Shown one piece after another: positions 25,006 to 32,000 of a DNA stretch of 32,000 nt. This DNA is from Candidatus Saccharimonadota bacterium (GTDB lineage: Bacteria > Patescibacteriota > Saccharimonadia > Saccharimonadales > UBA4665). The stretch's first letter is position 1. Every line of letters starts with the position of its first letter. The notes under the pieces are model-generated. The model was not told the origin of the DNA and did no database searches. It was given only the letters and a program-made list of their open reading frames with translations. Made by a program: the position numbers and the translations under genes. The stretch is taken from NCBI GenBank assembly GCA_016699955.1, contig CP064993.1:1-32000 (forward strand), in the 5' to 3' direction.

Positions 25006-26247
25006 CTAACCGTTTGACTGATTAGCACGCCTCCTAGACTCCGCGTAAGACTTTACTGCCAGTGCAGTTCTTATCCAGGTTAATAAGTTATGCTCTGGAC
25101 CCAGATTAAAAGTATCACGGGGGTTGTCGTAATATCTGCCCGTTGGCAAGTCGTGCCCAAGAAGAATCTCTGCTGCTGCAAACTCAACGTCGGCACCACC
25201 CCTTGTAGCTGTCGCGCCTTTTTGAGGCATCCCTCCTAAGTGTGCGTCGCGGCTCATAACCGATTGCATCATGCGAACGGATAGGTTTGTAGCACCGGTA
25301 TGCGCCAACATCAAACTTTCTTTTTCAGCTTCAGAAATAGGGAATTCGCTTATACGGATTGTGTCGGCGCGCGATATTCTTCCCATGAACGGTAATTTAC
25401 GTTTCTTATCACGTAAATCGTGACGCTCCACGTCTATCATTGATTTGTCATGCAAGTCAGCGGGCATAATCAAAGGTATTCTTCTGCGCTCTGCAAAAAG
25501 CCTTAATAAGGCTTTAGCAGACATATCATCGACTGCCTCGACAATAATATCGACGCCTGCTTTGAGGAGCACTCTCTCGTCCCCCGCGTGGAATCCATCC
25601 GGCAAGTGAGTCTGTTTAATCCATGGATCAACCTCACTAATATGACGAGCGAGGATAGCTACCTTACTTGCACCGACATCTCGAACCGTTCCGTCAATAC
25701 GATTCAAGTTTGAGCTATCTAGCGTGTCACCGTCACCGATAACATAATGATTTCCTATACCCGATTGGACCATACTCCTGGCAGCCTTGCTGCCAACACT
25801 AAGCCCGATACAAGCAATCGTTTTTTCACGAAGTGTTCGCTGTTGATCGCGCGTCCGTAGATCTCTGTCACGATAATTTCTCACCCCCCTGTGGTCCTCT
25901 TCGTCCAAATATAAAACTATTTCCCCAGACCAAGGGAAGAAAACATACGACCCAAACGTTTGTCCTTGCTCTATGACACTCTGATGAAACTCACGCCGCA
26001 TATCTTGGTTTTTTTTGTCTGCAGGGTATAGATAAGTAAACAAATCATTTGCTAGCGGTTCTGTTTGGGCTCGAAAACCAGTGACTTTCCCAGCACGCAA
26101 CAGCGCCTCAAAGCGGATCTCTTCAACTGGAGAATCCAGTTTGAATATCTGTGGAGGCTGCCAATCATCTGGATCTTTTCTGACCGTATCCAGATGCCGA
26201 AATGCCTCACATAAATTGCTTGCTTCGAACGCAGGACTGCTGCTCAT
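25006..26247 (-). CDS. ThiF/E1-like adenylyltransferase, MoeY/Rv1355c-like N-terminal architecture (no nitroreductase domain)
   Basis: YVFFPWSGEIV..NYRDRDL..IACIGLSVGSKAARSMVQSGIG..VIGDGDTLDSSNLNRI (Rossmann fold plus the NLNR motif) and DVERHD. These match my recollection of Rv1355c-family proteins. Confidence 0.7.
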   Translation of the reverse strand: MSSSPAFEASNLCEAFRHLDTVRKDPDDWQPPQIFKLDSPVEEIRFEALLRAGKVTGFRAQTEPLANDLFTYLYPADKKNQDMRREFHQSVIEQGQTFGSYVFFPWSGEIVLYLDEEDHRGVRNYRDRDLRTRDQQRTLREKTIACIGLSVGSKAARSMVQSGIGNHYVIGDGDTLDSSNLNRIDGTVRDVGASKVAILARHISEVDPWIKQTHLPDGFHAGDERVLLKAGVDIIVEAVDDMSAKALLRLFAERRRIPLIMPADLHDKSMIDVERHDLRDKKRKLPFMGRISRADTIRISEFPISEAEKESLMLAHTGATNLSVRMMQSVMSRDAHLGGMPQKGATATRGGADVEFAAAEILLGHDLPTGRYYDNPRDTFNLGPEHNLLTWIRTALAVKSYAESRRRANQSNG

Positions 26248-27170
26248 GAACTTAATTCTCGGGATCGTGATGATAGTAACATAGACCCAAATAGTGCTCT
26301 GGCTGCCACCTGCTCTTCTGAAAGATGACCTGCCGGTAATGAATCACTAAAGAACAGGAAGCCACCAATATAACGTTGTCTTGTTTTTACATCGGGGGCA
26401 GTACTTACGGCAGCCAACAAGTTTGATACAAAAGCATCAGGTCGAATGAGCACTGGCAATAATGTTGTTTGTCGTCGATACGGGTTCTCTTCCAGCACAA
26501 CCGGAGTACCGATTACTTCAAGATTATTTGGTGAAAGCTGTGGAGTCAACGCATCATGTGCTTCTTTAACCATGCTGCAATACAGTAGCATTTCTTTTCC
26601 GACCGTATAACCTAAAACTTTTCTAATCACTTCAGCTACGCCTGTAGTCTGGCGGTCTTTGGATGCATTTTTGTCTTTCTCATGCGCAGCTCTCGACTTT
26701 GCTAAAGCACCCATCTCCATCAAAGGCTTACCGGATTGAATATGCTTACGCATAACTAACAGTTGTTCTGGTGGCAAGCCACTTTTTATCAAACCGAACG
26801 TTGGCATTTTCTTAGGGTCTGCGACGTCGACTAGCCGCGCGCCAGCCGTATCGAATGAATCCGTCAAACTGCGAGCAGCAAAATGTATTATGCCAGTCTT
26901 AAGATGCCCAGATTTATCAATGTGTGGTAACAGAAAATTATCGGGAGATTCGGCAGCTGGCTTAGCAAGCCCCGTCTCAAGATAGCCCTCGAACATCGTT
27001 CTTCTTGCCAGATCGATTACTGGTTTGCTCCCGCGCTCTGCCGGTCTTGCCATCCAGTGAGCATACATATCAGGAAAAAATAAATTGCCCTGGCGCCCTT
27101 CTAGCTGCAAACTAATACCGAGTGCATTCCCTGGCGTATCCCCTGATGTATTTGGATCCTTTAACTTCAT
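26244..27170 (-). CDS. uncharacterised protein (308 aa), translationally coupled to the ThiF-like gene
   Basis: ATGA overlap with the downstream gene and a single Cys. It has a weak resemblance to LuxI/FeeM-type GNAT-fold acyltransferases (..MEMGALAK.., ..LEVIGTPVV..), which is unverified. Confidence 0.5.
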   Translation of the reverse strand: MKLKDPNTSGDTPGNALGISLQLEGRQGNLFFPDMYAHWMARPAERGSKPVIDLARRTMFEGYLETGLAKPAAESPDNFLLPHIDKSGHLKTGIIHFAARSLTDSFDTAGARLVDVADPKKMPTFGLIKSGLPPEQLLVMRKHIQSGKPLMEMGALAKSRAAHEKDKNASKDRQTTGVAEVIRKVLGYTVGKEMLLYCSMVKEAHDALTPQLSPNNLEVIGTPVVLEENPYRRQTTLLPVLIRPDAFVSNLLAAVSTAPDVKTRQRYIGGFLFFSDSLPAGHLSEEQVAARALFGSMLLSSRSRELSS

Positions 27171-27498
27171 TATGTTATTATTAATAGCATACTTTTAGTA
27201 CTTTGTCTATTAGTTTGTGTGGCTATAAACAAACCAATACCTCCGCTGTTCGGATTAAAAAACCACATTCGGCGCCACTACAGCACCTCCGTGATATGTC
27301 TAAAAAGTACCTTACTAGCCAAATGTTTAATATTTGAGACGGGGACAGGGGAGATACAAAGTTACCCAGTGGCTATCCTGATGAGCTAGGCTTCCTTAGC
27401 CTACAGTTTGGTTTTGTACTGCCATAAGCCAAGTTACATAACGGCGTAGAATCAGGGGTTATGTTTCGAGCTTGAAGGGAATGTTGTATACTACGCTT

Positions 27499-27867
27499 AT
27501 GACGAGAATAGCCATCATAGAAGACGATCAGGCTATTAGTATGATGTACCGGATAAAGTTTGAGGCCGAAGGTTTCACTGTTGAAACAGCAGCCAACGGT
27601 AGACTCGGACTAGAGCTGGCTGAAAAGATGAAGCCAGACATCATCCTTCTCGACCTCATGATGCCCGAGATGAATGGCGAAGAAATGCTCACAAAACTAC
27701 GCAAAACAAGCTGGGGTAAGGACATCAAAGTCGTGATACTGACCAACTCTGGTGAGGAGCAAGCACCTCCCGAACTAAAAGCGCTTGGCATTTGCCGCTA
27801 CATTGTCAAAGCAGAAATGACCCCCCGTCAGGTTGCCGAAATGGTCAAAACCGTCCTCGCCGCCTAA
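27499..27867 (+). CDS. single-domain CheY-like response regulator (receiver only)
   Basis: RIAIIEDD, DIILLDLMMPEMNG and VVILTN..K are the receiver D-D-D-T-K landmarks. There is no output domain. The ORF is open from 27472, and ATG 27499 gives the canonical short N-terminus. Confidence 0.85.
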   Translation: MTRIAIIEDDQAISMMYRIKFEAEGFTVETAANGRLGLELAEKMKPDIILLDLMMPEMNGEEMLTKLRKTSWGKDIKVVILTNSGEEQAPPELKALGICRYIVKAEMTPRQVAEMVKTVLAA

Positions 27868-27881
27868 GCACCCACCCGAGT

Positions 27882-27972
27882 ATGTGAAAGGTTAGACCTC
27901 GCACATAAAAATCTCAATGGTCTAAGATGTGCATGTGTGCAAAAAGTATGTGCGAGGTCTAACCTTTCACAT
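27882..27972. repeat. REPIN-like doublet: two 26-bp REP arms in inverted orientation with a 39-nt spacer
   Basis: atgtgaaaggttagacctcgcacata (27882-27907) is the exact reverse complement of 27947-27972. Confidence 0.9.
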
Positions 27973-28605
27973 TTCGTCACGGGTGACATCGTTTGCGAGT
28001 TGCCACTTTAGATCCTCAAGCTCACGCTGCTGATCCACATATTCTGCTACGAACGACAGATACTCCTGCCTATCTCCAAACAGGTCGAGTACCCTGTCAC
28101 TACGAAGCCACTTTGGTTCCTCACCCTTGGCGTAATACTTGTAGCTCGAGTACGGCCAGACAGCGTATGCGTCTGGATTTAGATGAATATAGCGCGAAAT
28201 ATGGTACAAATATGCATCACTGGTTATTCGCGAGGCTTTATATGGCCCCTGAAAAAGCGATCCGACGCGATTATATTTTTCATTAAAGTACATCACATAA
28301 CCTGTACTCACGCGGCGCATAAGTTTTTCTACGCCGCTTTCGGTCATTTGATACACAAGCAAATGAAAATGATTCGGCATCAGGCAGTATGCTAAAAGCG
28401 CAACTTCACTTTCAAGCGAAGGAAAACGGTGTCTATTATTTTTATTGGCATCCCGCCTGTCGTTGGCAAGATATTTTTTTAGTAACCCCAGGAAAACGGT
28501 GTAATCTTGGTCGTCAGAAAAAATAATTCTTTTTTCAACGCCCCTATTATATACATGATAGTACGCTCCCGTCTCAAACTCTCGCACAACATTTCTACTA
28601 GGCAT
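27967..28605 (-). CDS. REP-associated tyrosine transposase (RAYT; IS200/IS605-like HUH Y1 transposase)
   Basis: YHVYNRG, HUH motif MPNHFHLLV, and the catalytic-Tyr region YLYHISRYIHLNP. The likely start is MPSRNVV at 28605, because the listed 28641 start runs through a REP arm. Both CDS ends abut REP arms. Confidence 0.85.
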   Translation of the reverse strand: MPSRNVVREFETGAYYHVYNRGVEKRIIFSDDQDYTVFLGLLKKYLANDRRDANKNNRHRFPSLESEVALLAYCLMPNHFHLLVYQMTESGVEKLMRRVSTGYVMYFNEKYNRVGSLFQGPYKASRITSDAYLYHISRYIHLNPDAYAVWPYSSYKYYAKGEEPKWLRSDRVLDLFGDRQEYLSFVAEYVDQQRELEDLKWQLANDVTRDEM

Positions 28606-28697
28606 ATGTGAAAGGTTAGACCTCGCACATACATTTTGCAAGCATGAACATCTTAGAACATTGGGGATATTTATGTGCGAGGTCTAACCTTTCACAT
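28606..28697. repeat. REPIN-like doublet, inverted copy of 27882-27972
   Basis: The same 26-bp arms occur at 28606-28631 and 28672-28697. The 40-nt spacer resembles the reverse complement of the other doublet's spacer (acATTTTGCAagCATGaACATCTTAGAaCATTG.. vs acTTTTTGCAcaCATGcACATCTTAGAcCATTG..). Confidence 0.9.
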
Positions 28698-28721
28698 TAG
28701 AAAACGGGGTAGAATGGAGGG

Positions 28722-30044
28722 ATGAAGGTAGCGATTATTGGGTACGCGACTGAAGGCGAAGTCAGTTACAAATATTTTTTGAAGCGTGGCCACAACGTCA
28801 CTATATGTGATGTCAATCCAAGCGTTGATACTCCTACAGGTGCACAGACACAGCTGGGAGAAAACTATTTGGACGACCTTGGTAGGTTTGACTGCATAGT
28901 TCGTAGCGCCGGCATACATCCCAGCTTAATTTTTGAGAAAAATCCTGGCGTCGAGGCCAAAGTTACAACTGCTGTCGATCAGTTTCTTTCGGACTGTCCG
29001 ACAAAAAATGTCATCGGTATAACGGGTACTAAAGGCAAAGGAACCACCAGCACATTGACCGCAAAAATTCTCGAAGCAGCGGGACAGACCGTTTGGTTAG
29101 GCGGTAACATTGGTCGTTCGCCACTGGAGTTCATTGATAATGTGCAGCCCAACGACTGGGTCGTGCTGGAGCTCAGTAGCTTTCAGCTTTCCGACATCAC
29201 CCACTCGCCACACATTGCCGCTTGCCTCATGGTTGTACCAGAGCACCTCGACTGGCACACTGACGTGGCTGACTATGTTAAAGCAAAATCACGCTTGTTT
29301 GCCCAGCAAGATAGCGACGATGTTGCAATTTATTACGCCGAGAATGAGGCATCCAAAGAGATAGCGGCTACCGGCGCAGGGCAAAAAGTGTCCTACTACG
29401 CCCATCCCGGGGCTTGGGTTAATGGCAACATGATTACTATTGACGGGCAAGATATCTGCACGACAGATAAACTAAAGCTCCTCGGGGAACATAACTGGCA
29501 GAACGTCTGCGCCGCCACAACAACCGTTTGGCATGCTTTATCGCCAGAGTTACCAGACGAAATCAACAGAGTAAATACCGCAATCCGCGGTGTACTGACG
29601 ACATTTTCCGGCCTTGAGCATCGTTTAGAGTTTGTACGCGAGTTTGCCGGCGTTAGATACTACGATGATAGCTTTGGAACTACCCCAGAAACCGCAATTG
29701 TCGCAGTGCAGGCATTTAAGCAACCGAAGATTATCATCCTGGGCGGCTCTGATAAGGGAGCGCCGTATGACGAACTAGCGCGTGCCGTTTCAGTGGGCAA
29801 CGTCAAAATGGCTCTGCTCATTGGTGACCAAGCCACTCGCATTCAGGCGGCGCTGGAAAAGGTCGGGTTCCATGCATTTATGCCCGGTGGCAGTTCCATG
29901 ACTGAAATTATTACTAACGCTAAGGGCGCGGCACAAACGGGTGATGTCGTATTGCTTTCAACTGGATGCGCCAGTTTTGGCATGTTTCAAAACTATAAGG
30001 ACCGGGGCAATCAGTTTAAGCAAGCCGTGCAATCACTCGCTTAA
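28722..30044 (+). CDS. murD: UDP-N-acetylmuramoyl-L-alanine--D-glutamate ligase
   Basis: N-terminal Rossmann fold VAIIGYATEG, the Mur ligase P-loop GITGTKGKGTTS, and a typical length and C-terminal domain. Confidence 0.9.
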   Translation: MKVAIIGYATEGEVSYKYFLKRGHNVTICDVNPSVDTPTGAQTQLGENYLDDLGRFDCIVRSAGIHPSLIFEKNPGVEAKVTTAVDQFLSDCPTKNVIGITGTKGKGTTSTLTAKILEAAGQTVWLGGNIGRSPLEFIDNVQPNDWVVLELSSFQLSDITHSPHIAACLMVVPEHLDWHTDVADYVKAKSRLFAQQDSDDVAIYYAENEASKEIAATGAGQKVSYYAHPGAWVNGNMITIDGQDICTTDKLKLLGEHNWQNVCAATTTVWHALSPELPDEINRVNTAIRGVLTTFSGLEHRLEFVREFAGVRYYDDSFGTTPETAIVAVQAFKQPKIIILGGSDKGAPYDELARAVSVGNVKMALLIGDQATRIQAALEKVGFHAFMPGGSSMTEIITNAKGAAQTGDVVLLSTGCASFGMFQNYKDRGNQFKQAVQSLA

Positions 30045-30666
30045 GCTCGGCAACAATAGCCGTCTCTGGTTGCATAACATCAGCTTGTAAACTGGCTATC
30101 TCTTGTATTTGGTCTTCAATCCAGTGGTAATGCGTACAACCCAGTACTATTACATCGGCGCCCGCCTCAATCACGGGCTCTATTACCTGCCGCAAGGTGG
30201 CTTCGTTTATCTCATTGTGCTCAATAAGCCATGACCAATTAGCGCAATCCGGTTCCAAAACTTTAACGTCGGCGGCATACAGTCGCTTCAACTCCGCATA
30301 GCGCGAGCTCGCCAAAGTTGTGGGCGTTGCGCACACCGCTATAATCCCTGTTTTTGTCTGCTCGGCAGCAGGTCTAACCATTGGCTCGGCAGCAACCAGC
30401 GGTACCGAAAAATACCCCCGCAAGCGGCCAATAAGCGTCGTGCTCACAGTATTACAGGCAATCACGACTACTTGACAGCCCTCATCCACCAGCGACTGAA
30501 CAATCGGTATGGCAAAACTGAAAATTTCGTCGGGAGCTTTTGTGGCATAGGGGAAATGCTCGGGCGTGTCATGACGGAATACGACTTCGTGTCCAGGCAG
30601 TGCCCGGTCTATGGCTTGTGCCACGCTGAGACCGCCAATACCAGAATCAAATACACCGATCTTCAT
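30016..30666 (-). CDS. murI: glutamate racemase (short form, 216 aa)
   Basis: IGVFDSGIGGLSV, catalytic Cys motifs VIACNT and LGCTHY. Its 3' end overlaps the murD 3' end by 29 nt. Confidence 0.85.
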   Translation of the reverse strand: MKIGVFDSGIGGLSVAQAIDRALPGHEVVFRHDTPEHFPYATKAPDEIFSFAIPIVQSLVDEGCQVVVIACNTVSTTLIGRLRGYFSVPLVAAEPMVRPAAEQTKTGIIAVCATPTTLASSRYAELKRLYAADVKVLEPDCANWSWLIEHNEINEATLRQVIEPVIEAGADVIVLGCTHYHWIEDQIQEIASLQADVMQPETAIVAELKRVIARLA

Positions 30667-30735
30667 ACTACTTCTTCACGCTGAGCTTATCGGTGCTTTG
30701 TAACGGCTTAATAAGGTGTGGAAAGGCGTGAGGAT

Positions 30736-31569
30736 TCATTTGTCATTCTGTGCGGAGGTCAAGGCCCCTCCTTGGTTTTGTGCAGCGCGAATAGTGTTTT
30801 CGAATAGTGCAGAAATGGTCAGTGGGCCGACACCGCCTTTGGTAGGCGTAATAGTCAGATCATCACGTTCGTAAACATCGGGGTCGAGATCACCAACGGT
30901 TTTGCCCTTTTCACCAGCCACACCAGCATCTACCACCACCGCACCTTGTTTAATCATAGCTGAGGTTATGAGACCAGCTCGACCGGTAGCCGTGATGATG
31001 ACATCTGCCTCGAGAAGTAATTCTTCTGTGTTTGGCGTTTGACTATGTATGAGAACAAAATTGTAGCCACTTTCGGTGAACATTTTAATTAACGGCGCAC
31101 CGACCAGCTTGCCTCGACCGACAAGTGCAATCCGCGATTTCTCAAGGTTTACGTTGTACCCCGCCAGCAGCCACAAGATAGCCATGGGTGTGGCTGGCGT
31201 AAACGGCGCATGTTCACCTAGGCCATCAACGTCTTTTTCGGGAGCGATTGCATTGACTACCTCATCAGTCTGCGTTGCGTCGGCTAGCGGCAGCTGCACA
31301 ATTATGCCATGGACGCTCGCGTCGGCATTTAGCGTTTCTAGCAACTGAGTTACCTTGCCCTGATCAACAAAATGTACATCAACTGCTGCGCCAATATCTT
31401 CGCCGTATCGTTTTTTCATCCCCATGTAGGTTAGGCTTGGGCCATGTTCGAGCGTGTAGACGATGGCCAGCTTTGGCTGCACGCCGTTTGACTGCTTCAA
31501 GCGCCGCACATCTTTTGCCTGCCGCTCTTTGATAAACCCTGCCAGTTCACTACCGTTTAGTACTTTCAT
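30736..31569 (-). CDS. folD: bifunctional methylenetetrahydrofolate dehydrogenase/cyclohydrolase
   Basis: MKVLNGSELAGFIKERQ.., PKLAIV, YMGMKKRYGEDIG, VQLPL, DVDG, ALVGRGKLVGAPL and PTKGGVGPLT. The true start is likely ATG 31569, because the N-terminal 56 aa of the listed ORF are junk-like. Confidence 0.9.
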   Translation of the reverse strand: MKVLNGSELAGFIKERQAKDVRRLKQSNGVQPKLAIVYTLEHGPSLTYMGMKKRYGEDIGAAVDVHFVDQGKVTQLLETLNADASVHGIIVQLPLADATQTDEVVNAIAPEKDVDGLGEHAPFTPATPMAILWLLAGYNVNLEKSRIALVGRGKLVGAPLIKMFTESGYNFVLIHSQTPNTEELLLEADVIITATGRAGLITSAMIKQGAVVVDAGVAGEKGKTVGDLDPDVYERDDLTITPTKGGVGPLTISALFENTIRAAQNQGGALTSAQNDK

Positions 31570-31662
31570 CGCACTTATTGTATCAGTGTTTGATAAAAAT
31601 ACTTGTTGTCGAGGATACATCGCGGTATAGTCGAATAGTACCAAGTAAAAACCGGAGGACAA

Positions 31663-32000
31663 ATGGCGAACGAACAAACTACTGTAACAGAGACAGTACC
31701 AGGCACATGGCCGGGAGCATTTGGGCTGTACAAACACAGTAAGCTAGCCATGAAAACAAACATAGGCACTTACCTTTGGCTGATTGTGCTTACTTTGCTC
31801 ATATCAATTGTAATAAATTCATTTACACCAGAGAAAAATGCCGACGGCACAATGTCTATGACAGGATCGTACGTACTACTGCAAGCTCTTTCACTGCTTA
31901 TTGCCGTCGTTATAAGCACCGCTACAACGGTGGTTGAGCTACGCAATGTTGGACGCACAAAAATTTCGCTGAGCGAATCATTTGACATGGCCAGACCCTA
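31663..32000 (+). CDS. partial membrane protein (5' part; runs off the window), not in the ORF track
   Basis: GGAGG at 31654-31658, ATG at 31663, and no stop through 32000. It reads MANEQTTVTETVPGTWPGAFGLYKHSKLAMKTNIGTYLWLIVLTLLISIVINSF.. with TM helices. The minus-strand ORFs listed here look spurious. Confidence 0.6.
   Translation, partial: MANEQTTVTETVPGTWPGAFGLYKHSKLAMKTNIGTYLWLIVLTLLISIVINSFTPEKNADGTMSMTGSYVLLQALSLLIAVVISTATTVVELRNVGRTKISLSESFDMARP

Noticed and set aside
27396-27425. A 9-codon minus-strand ORF (MAVQNQTVG, C-terminal Gly) in the leader of the ThiF-like operon as a possible adenylation substrate peptide
   Set aside because: It has no SD. An ORF of this length is expected by chance. 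Nothing in the sequence supports translation. It is worth revisiting only if conserved in homologous loci.
27882-28697. The repeated 26-mers as a mini CRISPR array
   Set aside because: There are only four copies, arranged as two inverted (hairpin) pairs around a HUH transposase gene. There is no regular direct-repeat/spacer periodicity and there are no cas genes.
31575-31988. Minus-strand ORFs 31575..31769 and 31770..31988 from the ORF track
   Set aside because: They overlap a better-supported plus-strand ORF with an RBS and TM helices, and the first merely extends the folD upstream region. Their sequences look non-protein-like.

Overview
The window looks like a small-genome bacterium with a Gram-positive-type envelope, because two surface proteins carry LPxTG-type sortase signals. 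It may be Saccharibacteria/CPR-like, but that taxon call is inference only. The genetic code is standard.

Left half (1-16.1 kb): an accessory mobile/defence mosaic in visible decay.
- A multiply frameshifted type IV secretion coupling-protein-like ATPase.
- A large serine recombinase split by one frameshift, with a tightly coupled small upstream ORF.
- An XRE regulator.
- A NACHT/STAND NTPase followed by four same-strand ORFs that read like shifted continuations. These are alpha-repeat pieces and then a PD-(D/E)xK-like end.
- A translationally coupled HEPN (Rx4H) gene.
- A membrane-anchored Mrr-type nuclease with a coupled 69-aa gene.
- A RelB/RelE-type toxin-antitoxin pair.
- Two 164-bp direct repeats (~97% identical) that bracket a visibly GC-richer 3.8-kb segment. 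That segment holds a truncated, frameshifted IS66-like transposase, an intact IS481-family IS with a 15-bp target duplication, and an orphan 440-aa ORF.
- A clear DHCR24/DIMINUTO-like FAD oxidoreductase and a short DDE-transposase remnant.

Right half:
- An SGNH hydrolase and an EamA transporter.
- Two paralogous sortase-anchored PKD/DUF11 surface proteins. One carries a near-perfect 699-bp tandem duplication and is split by a 1-nt loss in a homopolymer.
- A multi-pass sensor histidine kinase downstream of a MoeY/Rv1355c-like ThiF adenylyltransferase and an uncharacterised 308-aa partner.
- A divergent receiver-only response regulator.
- A RAYT (HUH/Y1) transposase flanked by two inverted REPIN-like hairpin doublets.
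- murD, murI, folD and a partial membrane protein.

No rRNA, tRNA or CRISPR array was found.
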